Assembly: GCA_951406725.2 (NCBI GenBank)
Contig: OX597829.1
Coordinates: 49,290,001-49,354,000, forward strand
From: Octopus vulgaris
Lineage: Eukaryota
DNA: 64,000 nt
Reading direction: 5' to 3'
The notes under the pieces are model-generated. The model did no database searches. It worked only from the letters and a program-made list of their open reading frames with translations, and was not told where the DNA came from. The first letter of the stretch is position 1, and the number at the start of each line of letters is the position of its first letter. Below are positions 38,101 through 51,989 of the stretch, piece after piece. The translations under genes were made by a program, and so were the position numbers.

Positions 38101-39636
38101 AAATTAGAATTATCTGCACCGTGTACACAGATAGAGAAATAGTACGAACAGACAGACCAATGTAACAGCTTCTATTAATCCCTGAGCAAATATTTGATTT
38201 TATAACTCTCATTCTTATTATTGATATCATTACCATTATTATTTCCTCCATGAAATATGTGTGCGCTTGTGAATTATTAGAATTAAAGTGGCAATCATTA
38301 GCATGCCAGGTAAAATGATTTGCAGCACTTCACCTGTCTGCACATTCTGAGTTCAAATTCTGCCCAGGTTGAATTTTCCTTTCATCTTTTCAAGGGTTGA
38401 TAAATTAAGTACCAGTGAAACACTGGGGTCAATGTAATAGACTGGTCGCCTCCCCCAAAATTTCAGGCCTTGTGCATTTAATAGAAAGGATTAAGATTGT
38501 GAGATAATAATTATGATTAGGATTGTGAGATAACAGGATCATTACCACATAGGAACAAAATTCTTAGTAAGATTTCTTCCAACTCTTTATGTTTTGAGGT
38601 CAAGTGCCACTAAGGTTGACTTTGCCGTTCATTCTTTCAGGGTTCATGTTGTTGAAATTGCAATGAAGGACCCTTGGAGGTCATAAACTGACACTTTCTC
38701 TATTGGCAAGAAATCTTGAAATAAAACTGAATAATCATACATGCATGTATATATATACACACACACATATGACAGGTTTCTTTCAGTTTCTATTGGTCAA
38801 ATCCACTTGCAAAGCTTTGACTGATATGGAGAAATAGCAGAAGATATTGCAGAAGGTGCCATGCAGTAGGAGTGAACCTGGAACCATGTGATTGAGAAGC
38901 AAACTTCTTACCACACAGCCAACACTAAACCTATGCTAGCAATATGTCATACTGTAACAACCTGGCTGAATAAATACCATCTTCTATTTTAGTCAAAGAT
39001 TTTGAGGATAATCAATTCGTTGCCGTTATGCAAAAGTGTCAAAAATAAAAAAAAATTGGTTTTTCAGAAAACGAAAAAACAGTTCCACCATTGAACTACA
39101 CTTTGATAATTTTTGATATCTTGGCATCTGAAGCATCTGGAGATACAATAGTTTGACCAAGAGAACCAGCTATTGCAAGCAAAAATAAATATTGCAAGAA
39201 AAAAAACAAACATATTTGGCCAAATTTGGACATACGACAGTTTAACATAATAGCAACAAATTATATCTGATATATTTTTCTTATATTTCTTTATTTATTG
39301 TGTTGTTTTGTAATTCTGATATTAATTTCCAATTGATATTTCATTATTTTAAAGAAATTGATATATTGGCTCAAAAAAAAATATCCATTTTTCTAGCAAT
39401 GATAACAAATATTGGAAATGGTTACAAAGTGAATTTCAGAAATAATGAACTTCATTTTTTTTATTTTTTAAACACAAGTGAGACTTTAATTTGGTAGATT
39501 AGCTTGCTAAAAATAGCAGCCAAATCTCCCTCAGCTTGATTCCTACCATTTTCGATAAGTGAAGAATATATTCATTAGAACGTGTAGTACTAGATTTACA
39601 TTATCCGATAATCCAAGAGAGATTTTAAACTCAGAA

Positions 39637-39706
<70 letters not shown>

Positions 39707-39904
39707 AAAAGAGAGAGAGAGAGAGAGATCTAAACAGTAAAAAAATTTAGTTTGGTAGTTCTCTACAATAGCATCTGCAGTCATAGCTCAGTGTAGTTTT
39801 TGTTAAACATTCACAGACACACGAAACCAGCTTTCCATATTTTATACAAAGATATATAAATATATATATACTTCAATCTATATACATAAGCACACACACG
39901 TATA

Positions 39905-39949
39905 TATGTCTGTCTGTCTGTCTGTCTATCATCTATCTGTCTGTCTATC

Positions 39950-40005
<56 letters not shown>

Positions 40006-40234
40006 GTCTGTCTATCTATCTATCTATCTGTCTATCTATCTGTCTATCTATCTATCTATCTATCTGTCTATCTATCTGTCTATCTATCTGTCTATCTGTC
40101 TATCTGTCTGTCTGTCAATCATCTATCTGTCTGTCTATCATCTATCTGTCTGTCTATCATCTATCTGTCTGTCTATCATCTATCTGTCTGTCTATCATCT
40201 ATCTGTCTGTCTATCATCTATCTGTCTGTCTATC

Positions 40235-40310
<76 letters not shown>

Positions 40311-40540
40311 GTCTATCTATCTGTCTATCTATCTGTCTATCTGTCTGTCAATCATCTATCTGTCTATCTATCATCTATCTGTCTGTCTATCATCTATCTG
40401 TCTGTCTATCATCTATCTGTCTGTCTATCATCTATCTATCTGTCTATCTGTCTGTCTGTCAATCATCTATCTGTCTGTCAATCATCTATCTGTCTGTCTA
40501 TCATCTATCTGTCTGTCTATCATCTATCTGTCTGTCTATC

Positions 40541-40608
<68 letters not shown>

Positions 40609-40632
40609 GTCTGTCTATCATCTATCTGTCTG

Positions 40633-40715
<83 letters not shown>

Positions 40716-40788
40716 GTCTATCTATCTGTCTATCTATCTGTCTATCTATCTGTCTATCTGTCTGTCTATCTGTCTCTCTGTCTATCTA

Positions 40789-40823
<35 letters not shown>

Positions 40824-40850
40824 GTCTGTCTGTCTATCTGTCTATCATCT
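39905..40850. repeat. (TCTA/TCTG)n array
   Basis: Direct inspection. Confidence 0.95.
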
Positions 40851-40851
40851 A

Positions 40852-40899
<48 letters not shown>

Positions 40900-40961
40900 G
40901 GGATTTGCTGATGCGAACAGGAAAAATAGAACTCAATACATGACTATATGTATGTTCCCTT

Positions 40962-41328
40962 TTATTCTTTCTATTGTTTCAGTCATTTGACTGCAACCAT
41001 GCTGGAGCAACACTTTAGTCAAGCAAATCAACCCCAAAACTCATTCTTTGTAAACCTAGTACTTATTCTATCATTCTCTTTTGCCGAACCGCTAAGTTAC
41101 AGGGACATAAACACACTAGCATCAGTTGTCATGTGATAGTGGGGGGGGGGGGGACAAACACACACACACACACACACATATCTACAATAAGCTTCTTACA
41201 GTTTCCGTGTACCAAATCAACCTGAGTCTATAGTAGAAGACACATGTCCAAGGTGCCACGTAGTGGGACTGAACACGAAACCATGTGGTTGGCAAGCAAG
41301 CTACTTACCACATAGCCACCCCTGCACC
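40962..41328 (-). mobile_element. SINE family A, diverged
   Basis: Reverse-complement match to 45624-46046. Confidence 0.8.
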
Positions 41329-41364
41329 TCTATGTTTATTAATATCTAGCAGGAGCAACAGAAT

Positions 41365-41387
41365 TTTATATATATATATACGTATAT

Positions 41388-41486
<99 letters not shown>

Positions 41487-41728
41487 TATGTATATATATA
41501 TATATATATGTATATAATATATATATGTATATATATATATAAATATATATGTATATAATATATATATGTATATATATATATAAATATATATGTATGTATA
41601 TATATATATATATATGTATATAATATATATATATACGTATATAATATATATATATACGTATATAATATATATATATACGTATATGTATATATATATATAT
41701 GTAATATATATATATATGTATGTGTATG

Positions 41729-41764
<36 letters not shown>

Positions 41765-41765
41765 T
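41365..41765. repeat. (TA)n-rich array
   Basis: Direct inspection. Confidence 0.95.
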
Positions 41766-42429
41766 GACAAACTTATTCTTCCAGTGCCTGTCAAGTAGAA
41801 TTTCCTTAAAAGACTTTTGCCATCCCAGAATTATAATAAACCATACACTTCATAGTGAGACAGAACCTGAATCCATATGGTTGAAAATTAAAATTTTTAA
41901 CAATACAACCATATTGCCACCCTTCTGTTATAAAAATAAATATTGTAAATAATATATATATATATATAATTTATATTATTTCTACATTATCTCATTTCCA
42001 TTAAAATATTTCTTTTTAATATTTACAAAAGGTAATTGCTTAAAATTGGAACAATAATATTGTCGTGAATTTTAGCACGAATACACGAATGTGGCAAATT
42101 GAATTTGAGATCTATTATGATTCCTAAATTGAGAATTACTTTGCTTAATTTGGGAATGTCAAAGTTTACACAAAATTTCTGCTTCATTCTATTCTTTTAA
42201 TGATAAACCTTCTTAACAATGCAAATATAATTTTGCATCTATCTCTTTACATATCCATCTATACACCACATGCTCACACCTTCTTGCATACAAGCACACA
42301 CAGACACATCCACACATAGACATATGTACATACACCCTCTTGCATACTTGCGCAAACAAACACACACACATATGTGCACATAAAAGAACTGTAAGTTGCT
42401 TCAACAACATTCTATAATAAACGCATATG

Positions 42430-45400
42430 TTGCAAGATATTGATTAGATATTGCACAAGTTACAAAGTACTACCTAGACATTGCACATGCTGCACTCTAC
42501 AGACTAAACACAAAATATGTTGCAGTGCACAGGCTAAATGCTGCATATGTTGCGCTGCACACCACATATGTTACACTGTACAGACTTAATGCTAGACATG
42601 TTCCCGTATACAGACTGAATATCACACATATTGCAGTTTACAGACCAAATGCTACATATGTTGCAGCATACAGACTTAAACACCAAATATGTTGTGCTGT
42701 ATAGACTAAACACTACATATGCTGCAGTGCACAGTCTAAACATCACATATGTTGCACGGTACAGACTAAATACTACATATGTTACAGAATATAAACTAAA
42801 CAGTACATATGTACTATACAGACTAAACGCTGCATATTCTGCAGTGCACAATCTAAACACCACACATGTTGTACTATACAGACTAAACGCTACATATTCT
42901 GCAGTGCACAATCTAAACACCACACATGTTGTACCATATGGACTAAACACTACATATGTTATAGTGTACAATCTAAGCATCACACATGTTGTAGTATACA
43001 GACTAAACGCTACATATGCTGCAGTGTACAATCTAAACACCACACATGTTGTACCATACAGATTAACACTACATATGCTGCAGTGTACAATCTAAACACC
43101 ACACATGTTGTACTATACAGACTAAACACTACATATGCTGCAGTGTACAATCTAAACACCACACATGTTGTAGTATACAGACTAAACACTACATATGCTG
43201 CAGTGTACAATCTAAACACCACACATGTTGTACTATAGAGACTAAACACTACATATGCTGCAGTGTACAATCTAAACACCACACATGTTGTAGTATACAG
43301 ACTAAACACTACATATGCTGCAGTGTACAATCTAAACACCACACATGTTGTACTATACAGACTAAACGCTACATATGCTGCAGTGTACAATCTAAACACC
43401 ACACATGTTGTAGTATACAGACTAAACACTACATATGCTGCAGTGTACAATCTAAACACCACACATGTTGTACCATACAGACTAAACGCTACATATGCTG
43501 CAGTGTACAATCTAAACACCACACATGTTGTACTATACAGACTAAACGCTACATATGCTGCAGTGTACAATCTAAACACCACACATGTTGTAGTATACAG
43601 ACTAAACACTACATATGCTGCAGTGTACAATCTAAACACCACACATGTTGTACTATACAGACTAAACACTACATATGCTGCAGTGTACAATCTAAACACC
43701 ACACATGTTGTAGTATACAGACTAAACACTACATATGCTGCAGTGTACAATCTAAACACCACACATGTTGTACCATACAGACTAAACGCTACATATGCTG
43801 CAGTGTACAATCTAAACACCACACATGTTGTAGTATACAGACTAAACACTACATATGCTGCAGTGTACAATCTAAACACCACACATGTTGTACTATACAG
43901 ACTAAACACTACATATGCTGCAGTGTACAATCTAAACACCACACATGTTGTAGTATACAGACTAAACACTACATATGCTGCAGTGTACAATCTAAACACC
44001 ACACATGTTGTACTATACAGACTAAACACTACATATGCTGCAGTGCACAATCTAAGCATCACACATGTTGTACTATACAGACTAAAGACTACATATGTTA
44101 TAGTGTACAATCTAAACACCACACATGTTGTACTATACAGACTAAACACTACATATGCTGCAGTGCACAATCTAAGCATCACACATGTTGTACCATATGG
44201 ACTAAACACTACATATGTTATAGTGTACAATCTAAACACCACACATGTTGTACCATACAGACTAAACACTACATATGTTATAGTGTACAATCTAAACACC
44301 ACACATGTTGTACTATACAGACTAAACACTACATATTCTGCAGTGCACAATCTAAACACCACACATGTTGTACTATACAGACTAAACACTACATATGCTG
44401 CAGTGTACAATCTAAACACCACACATGTTGTACCATATGGACTAAACACTACATATGCTGCAGTGTACAATCTAAACACCACACATGTTGTACCATATGG
44501 ACTAAACACTACATATGTTATAGTGTACAATCTAAACACCACACATGTTGTACCATACAGACTAAACACTACATATGTTATAGTGTACAATCTAAACACC
44601 ACACATGTTGTACTATACAGACTAAACACTACATATGTTATAGTGTACAATCTAAACACCACACATGTTGTACTATACAGACTAAACACTACATATGCTG
44701 CAGTGCACAATCTAAGCATCACACATGTTGTACCATATGGACTAAACACTACATATGTTATAGTGTACAATCTAAACACCACACATGTTGTACCATACAG
44801 ACTAAACACTACATATGTTATAGTGTACAATCTAAACACCACACATGTTGTACTATACAGACTAAACACTACATATTCTGCAGTGCACAATCTAAACACC
44901 ACACATGTTGTACTATACAGACTAAACACTACATATGCTGCAGTGCACAATCTAAGCATCACACATGTTGTACCATATGGACTAAACACTACATATGTTA
45001 TAGTGTACAATCTAAACACCACACATGTTGTACCATACAGACTAAACACTACATATGTTATAGTGTACAATCTAAACACCACACATGTTGTACTATACAG
45101 ACTAAACACTACATATTCTGCAGTGCACAATCTAAACACCACACATGTTGTACTATACAGACTAAACACTACATATGCTGCAGTGTACAATCTAAACACC
45201 ACACATGTTGTACCATATGGACTAAACACTACATATGCTGCAGTGTACAATCTAAGCATCACACATGTTGTACCATATGGACTAAACACTACATATGTTA
45301 TAGTGTACAATCTAAACACCACACATGTTGTACCATACAGACTAAACACTACATATGTTATAGTGTACAATCTAAACACCACACATGTTGTACTATACAG

Positions 45401-45618
45401 ACTAAACACTACATATGCTGCAGTGTACAATCTAAACACCACACATGTTGTACCATATGGATTAAACATTACATATGCTGTAGTGTACCATCTAAACACC
45501 ACACATGCTGTAGTGTACAGACTAAACACTGCATATGCTGTAGTGTACAGCCTCAACATCCCATATGTTGCACTGTACAGACTGAACATTACATATGTTA
45601 CAGCATATAGACTAAACT
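42430..45618. repeat. 60-bp (2x30) tandem satellite of ~50 units with degenerate edges; resumes at 46045-46202
   Basis: Unit CAGTGTACAATCTAAACACCACACATGTTG TACTATACAGACTAAACACTACATATGCTG. Confidence 0.97.
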
Positions 45619-45623
45619 GAATA

Positions 45624-46046
45624 GGCACAGGAGTGGCTGTGTGGTAAGTAGCTTGCTAACCAACCACATGGTTCCGGGTTCAGTCCCACTGCATGGCATC
45701 TTGGGCAAGTGTCTTCTGCTATAGCCCCGGGACGACCAATGCCTTGTGAGTGGATTTGGTAGACGGAAACTGAAAGAAGCCTGTCGTATATATGTATATA
45801 TATATATAAGTGTGTGTGTATATGTTTGTGTGTCTGTGTTTGTCCCCCTAGCATTGCTTGACAACCGATGCTGGTGTGTTTACGTCCCTGTCACTTAGTG
45901 GTTCGGCAAAAGAGACCGATAAAATAAGTACTGGGCTTACAAAGAATAAGTCCCGGGGTCGATTTGCTCGACTAAGAGGCGGTGCTCCAGCATGGCCACA
46001 GTCAAATGACTGAAACAAGTAAAAGAGAGTAAAAGAGAAAAAGAGT
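45624..46046 (+). mobile_element. SINE family A, full length, inserted in the satellite edge
   Basis: tRNA-like head, internal (TA)/(TG) tract, 3' CAGTCAAATGACTGAAACAAGTAAAAGAG. Confidence 0.9.
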
Positions 46047-46202
46047 AAACATCAAATACATTTCAATGTAGAGACTAAACACTACATATGCTGCAGTGTA
46101 CAAACTAAGTACCACATGTTGTATTGTACAGACCAAACATTACACATGTTGCAACGTACAAACAAATACACTGCGTATGTGGCACTGTACAGACTAAACA
46201 TG

Positions 46203-46520
46203 CATGGATTAGTGGTTAGGGTATTTAGCACATAATCATAAGGTTGTGAGTTCGATTTCCAGTGCTGTGTTGTGTCCTTGAGCAAGACACTTTAATATTG
46301 CTCCAGTCCACTCAGCTGGTAAAAATTAGCAGTACTTGTAATTCGAAGGGTCAGCCTTTTCACATTCTGTGTTATGCTGAATATCCCTGAGCGCTACTCA
46401 GACACGCAAAAGGGCATGCATGTCTGAAGATGGCTCAGCCACTTGCCTGTTGATTTCATGAGCAAGTTGTTTCATTGATTGAATCAACAGAAAACCTCAT
46501 TGTTTTAACCAACAGAAAGC
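46203..46520 (+). mobile_element. tRNA-derived SINE (TGTGTCCTTGAGCAAGACACT core; 3' similar to family C)
   Basis: A and B boxes TGGATTAGTGG / GAGTTCGATTTCC. Confidence 0.7.
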
Positions 46521-46848
46521 TAGTTTAATTGAAACCAATAAAAAACAGATAATTATTTCATGTTAATTTTTGTTTGTTATGTACATTAGGCAGACCAGTT
46601 TAGACCCATTCTAGTTTGTGAGTGTTACTGTTGTCTCTGTGGTTAGAAAATAAGAAACAGATCCCTGATAAAGCTTTAATAAATTTCGATAGTCAAATTG
46701 TTCTCTTTCTCTAAAGAAAAGCAAAAAAAAAAAAACTGTTACTTAACTGTAAAGTTTTACTTTTCCTAGTGAGATTGAAAATGTATGTCCGAAAAAATAT
46801 CTCTTTGTTACTTGACCTGAAGATCTCTCGCTCTCTCTCACATACTGA

Positions 46849-47182
46849 GACCCCCTTCAGTCATGACTGACCATGGGATTGGACCTAGAAAGTTACCCTC
46901 CAAGGCACAAGTCCGGGCAAGGTTGTTTATGGAAGACCAGCAGTCACCCATGCATGCTGGCCTCCTCTCTACATGCCACCAGTGTTATCCAAGGGAAAGG
47001 CAACAGCAGATACAGCTTGGCACCAGTGACATCACAACTCATTTCAACAGCTGAGTGAACTGGAGCAATGTAAAATAAACTTTCTTGCTCAAGAACACAA
47101 CACACAGCCCGGTCCAGGATTCAAGCTCACAACCTCACGATCGTAAGCTCAACACTCTAACCACTGAGCCATGTGCCTTCAC
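46849..47182 (-). mobile_element. tRNA-derived SINE family D
   Basis: Minus-strand head TGGCTCAGTGG...GAGCTTGAATCC, followed by a TGTGTTCTTGAGCAAG core. Confidence 0.75.
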
Positions 47183-47220
47183 ACTCATACCCACTACACT
47201 TGTTGCAATGTAATATATTA

Positions 47221-47388
47221 CCGTATTTTAACATGTATAAGGAATCCCCCTTTTTTTTAAATAAAAAATTAGGTTAAAAATATGGGAGTTTCTTATACAC
47301 GGATAGTATTATAATCCCTTACAAAACCTTTTTTCCAAATTTTAAGCCCCCAAAAATCAGAGTTCTCCTTATACATGTTAAAATATGG
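47221..47388. mobile_element. Tc2/pogo-like MITE
   Basis: TIRs CCGTATTTTAACATGTATAAGGA / TCCTTATACATGTTAAAATATGG; preceded by TA. Confidence 0.75.
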
Positions 47389-47569
47389 TTAAGGTTCTGC
47401 TGGACATTACAACCAAACCTTCCTCAAATAATATCAAACTATTTTTAACAAAGACATATGGCATATATTTTATCTTTGATGATTACAGCTGGGATGTCAT
47501 TAATTACAGATTTGTACTATTAGCGGGGACTTGAGGTTAAGTCCCAACAACAGCTCTAAATACAATTGC

Positions 47570-48860
47570 CTGGTAGGCCAGAACTGGCCAGATTTGGCCA
47601 GTTAGAACTTAAAACAGAATATTTAGAATATGGCCAGTTTAAATGCTAAAGGATCAACTCTTTAATATTCAGATTATCCAGTCAAATGTAATCCTTATTT
47701 ATTCACACTGTTTTGAAATAATTACACATTATCTCATAGCTTTGAGATTTTGATGATGTCTTTTACTCTTTTACTTGTTTCAGTCATTTGACTGCGGCCA
47801 TGCTGGAGCACCGCCTTTAATCGAGCAACTCGACCCCGGGACTTATTCTTTTGTAAGCCCAGTACTTATTCTATCGGTCTCTTTTGCCGAACCGCTAAGT
47901 AATGGGGACGTAAACACACCAGCATCGGTTGTCAAGCAATGCTAAGGGGACAAACACAAACACACAAACATACACGCACACACACATATACATACATATA
48001 TACGACGGGCTTCTTTCAGTTTCCGGCATTGGTCGGCCCGGGGCTATAGCAGAAGACACTTGCCCAAGGTGCCACGCAGTGGGACTGAACCCGGAACCAT
48101 GTGGTTGGTTAGCAAGCTACTTACCACACAGCCACTCCTGCGCCTATGTGATTGTTTATTTGTAGAATGATATTGTAGGGTAGGTGTGAAAGGCCTGATC
48201 TGACTGGCTTGAACATAAAACAGGTAAAATATTTAGGCCAGGACAATTTAACTTTTTAGCATTCACAGATTATCCCGTCAAATGTAATCCATATTTATTC
48301 ACAATGTTTTCAATTAATCATGTATTATCTCTTAGCTTTGAGATTTTGATGATGATGATGTGATTTTTTAGTTCTAGAAAGACATTACTTGGTAGGCCAG
48401 GACTGACCAGATTTGACCAGTTTGAACATAAAACAGAATATTTAGGATATGACCAGTTTAAATGCTAAAAGGCCAATCCTATTAATATTCAGATTATCCA
48501 GTCAAATGTAATCCTTATTTATTCACATTGTATTGAATTAATTATGTATTATCTCTTAGCTTTGAGACTGCGGTGATGTAATTGGTTAGCTTTAGAAAGA
48601 CCTTACCTAGCTGGCCAGAACTGACCAGATTTAGGCCAGTTTGACCATTTAGGATATCGCTTGTTTAAATGCCAGAGGATCAACTCTTTAATAATCAGAT
48701 TACTCTGTCAAAGGTAATACTTATTTATTCACATTATAGCTTTGAAATTTCACTGATGTGATTATTCTTAAAAGGGTATTTGAAGAGCAAGGGTGAAAGG
48801 CTGGAATTGGTTAGTTTGAACATAAAACAGGTAGAATATACAGGCTGGATAAGACTGGCT
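47570..48860 (+). mobile_element. Head-to-tail array of ~5 decayed piggyBac-like (TTAA) MITE copies
   Basis: Recurring ...TTTAAATGCTAAAGG|(T/C)AAC.CTTTA..ATTCAGATTA...GTCAAATGTAATCC units of ~210-230 bp. Confidence 0.65.
47760..48144 (-). mobile_element. SINE family A, young, with a small internal deletion
   Basis: Reverse-complement match to 45624 and 61277. Confidence 0.9.
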
Positions 48861-49644
48861 CTTACATTTCAGACTGTATGTTCTACGATCAATGCAAAGC
48901 AGGTGGATGAATAAAACAGCAAAGAAAATACGAGAGAAAAGAGGGAAACCTCTAAGGAACAAGGAACAAGTCTATAGTCATGGTAAGAATTATCAGAATG
49001 GAAAAGTAAAGAGAGTAGAAATTTTACACCAAAGAAGCAATAAAGGGAGAAGCAGGCAATATGTCTGACATACACTGAAGATGTGGGTTCAAATCCTATG
49101 GACATTGCTTGACTTTTTGTATCTGAAAGGGGTTTTCAAGCCAACATTTACAATGCTTATTATTTGTAACTTTATGAGATTCGAGAGCTACTAATTCCAA
49201 AGAAAAAAAAAAAGAAAAAAAAAAAGAATTATTTCTATTTACAAAGATAAACCATTGGAATTTTCCAACACTTACATACACTGTTGTTTCTACTCTTTTA
49301 GCAATAGGAACTGTGTTATATGCTGTTATGATAATCATCAGAGATAACACCTTTCTATAAAATATGATTGGCAAAGTGTGTGACTAACGTTTGTTGTAAT
49401 CTACTCTGGTGTTCTCAATATCATTGTTAATAATAACTACTTGTTTATCTTTTTCATTTACTTATTTACACACACACACACTATATATATATATATATAT
49501 ACATACACACTCTATATATATACACACACACATATAAATGTATGTATGTTTATGTTTATATATATAAGTCTCTATCTCTCTCTCTGCATGCATGCATACA
49601 TACATATATATATATATATATTTATTTGTCTATTTATATATATA

Positions 49645-50041
49645 CTAGCAGTATCGCCCGGCGTTGCTCGGGTTTGTAAGGGAAATAACTATATAAGCAT
49701 TTTTAGAGATGTAAAGTATAATAGCCATCTCAATATGGCTAACCACAAAGGGGGGGGTGTTACTGTAGCTTTTTACGTTCTGAGATTGAATAATACATTT
49801 TTAGAGAGTTACTTCCTTTATATATGCCAAAAATGCATTAAAAATGGGAAAAATTGATGGTAAATTTTTTTTTAAATCGTAGACTCATCGGAGACGCGCA
49901 CTAATACCCAGAAGGGCTCGATATGAATCACGACTATAAGATACCTGGTTTTGGTTAAACTGCACCGCAAAATGTGGGAGTAGTTAGAAATCTAAATCGT
50001 AGGAGACAGACACCACACAACTTGACTTTTATATATAAAGA
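49645..50041 (-). mobile_element. Non-autonomous Helitron, subfamily 1
   Basis: Near-identical to 965-1364; TC...CTAG termini; A|T site. Confidence 0.85.
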
Positions 50042-50454
50042 TTTGTAACTCTCTCTCTCTCTGTATGTGTGTGTATGTTTGTTTGTGTGTGTGTGTGTAT
50101 ATATGTATGTATATTTATTCTGTGTTTGAACCAATTACCAGGTTAGCCAAGAACAATTAAATCAGAAACACTGCAAAAAGATCTGATATAGAAATATCTC
50201 ATAAGAAACAAAAGAAAAGAAAGAAACAGACCAAAAAAAAAAAAAAGTCGCAACGAAATATTTCTAAGAGTTTTATGCTTCATCTTCTCAGGAGAATTGG
50301 ATAGAAATGGAACAAAGAATTTCTAATTGTGCTTATTCCTGCAACAATAGAACGGATAAATGTAGAAACAGAATGATAGAAGCCATAAGGAGAAGAATGA
50401 AACATAGATGTTAATATAGAAGTAAACGGAATGGAAAAACATAGATATCAATAA

Positions 50455-50838
50455 CTAGCAGTATCGCCCGGCGTTGCCCGGGTTTGTTTCGACCCTTTAG
50501 AATTGGAATTTTTGAAAAGTAAAAATTTTGCATTATGCAACTTGTTTTTCTGGTTTTTCTGGTTGAAATACACTGAAAAATGGCGACACAGTAGTAAAAA
50601 AAAATCGTAAAAAATCGGGATTTTCATAGAAAAAAAAGCACCTTTTTGATGTAAATAATTTTTCGTGTTAACATGGTCCGATTTGAATTTGTTCTTCTAC
50701 AGAATGAAGAGCAAGCCTTCTTCTATCATAATCTCAATTTTGGTCAACTTGTGTCGCAGGGTCTCGGAGGAGATAGTGTTAGTTGAAGGCTACCAAATCT
50801 GCCATACACAGACAACTTCAGCTTTATATATATAGAGA
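50455..50838 (-). mobile_element. Non-autonomous Helitron, subfamily 3
   Basis: Shares only the last ~33 bp (hairpin plus CTAG) and a TCTCTATATATATAAAG start with the other copies; internal sequence is unrelated. Confidence 0.8.
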
Positions 50839-51206
50839 TAATATAATTATGCTTTAATATTTGTATTTGGGAAATGGCAAGCTGGCAGAATCGTTAGCAC
50901 ACCAAACAAAATGCTTAGAAGCATTTTGTCCGTCTTTACAGTCTGAGTTCAGATTCCACCAAGGTCAATCTTGCCTTTCATCCCTTTCAGGCTCGAAAAA
51001 TAAGTACTAGTAGAGCATTGGGTCAATGTGATTGGCTTAATTCCTACCCCTGAAACTGATGGTCTTGGGACAAAATTTAAAATCAGTATTTGTATTTGGG
51101 AAAATTATGAATTAGATTTTGTTAGAATAAATTTTTTATTTAAAATAGAAAATTTCTATTTGTAAATCTCTCAATGAGAGACATTCAGTAACAGCACTCT
51201 AAAGTA

Positions 51207-51441
51207 AAGATTATTTGCCAGCATAACGTGGAAGATCTGGTTTAGGACGAATGTTACAGTTATTTAGCCCCAAGGAAACATCATCTCCAGCTGGCTACAC
51301 GACATGCTATCTGTGTCCTTATATTTTCAAACAAGGGGAAAGTATAAGGACACAGAGAGTGGAGACTATGTTTCCTGGGGCTAAATAACAGTAAGATTCA
51401 CCCAAAACCAGGATTGCCATGTTATGTTGGCAAATAATCTT
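51207..51441. mobile_element. Foldback/MITE-like element
   Basis: ~80-bp imperfect terminal inverted arms (AAGATTATTTGCCA...) plus an inner TCTGTGTCCTTATA/TATAAGGACACAGA stem. Confidence 0.7.
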
Positions 51442-51599
51442 GACACATTTTTATTTATTTATTTACTTATTATTATTGTTATTATTATTGTTATTGTAGG
51501 TGACAAGCCAACTGAATCATTATCACATTGGGTATAGCTTAGTAGTTAGGGTGTTGCACACGGGATCTAGCAATCGTAGTTTCAGTTCCTATTCTGGGT

Positions 51600-51985
51600 G
51601 GTACATTTACATAATTGTGTACTTTAAAGCAGTTTTCCTTTGCCTTAGTGGCTGTGGTGAATGAGGTAGTTTGGTGAACAAGGCTGAAAGGAATGAGAAC
51701 AGAGACATTCTTCTATGGTAAAGCCCTTATTGACTTTTTCAAGTTTCACTTGAAAATGGGAGTAAAGTTGGAAGGGAGACACTGTCCTCGAGTGAGTTTA
51801 CTGAAAGGTGGGTGAAAGTTGCAAAAAAGGGCAAGATGGGATGGTACCACTCTAAGTGTAGACTTATGAGTTGGAGGAAAGGAATTGGAGAGGGCACTTG
51901 CTCTTGGTGTTCAGGGAGATCTTGAATGATGGGTTCCTCAATTATCCCTAGAGATCTTCTTGTATCTCCTTGTGCCTGTAGTAGA
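51600..51985 (-). mobile_element. Possible very decayed Penelope-like ORF remnant
   Basis: Weak resemblance across frameshifts to the PLE RT-to-GIY-YIG linker (NFH...FK*NLK..IRA; F.V...CTTQN). Confidence 0.25.
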
Positions 51986-51989
51986 AAGA

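Noticed and set aside
43010-45628. 872-aa and 785-aa ORFs as protein-coding genes, or the array as a CRISPR
   Set aside because: Both are translations of a 60-bp tandem repeat open on both strands. There are no unique spacers and no cas genes, and the context is eukaryotic.
49276-49354. AG...GTAAGT-bounded candidate exon on minus (KVLSLMIIITAYNTVPIAKRVETTVY)
   Set aside because: No similarity to PC2 or any family I recognise; likely chance splice-like signals.
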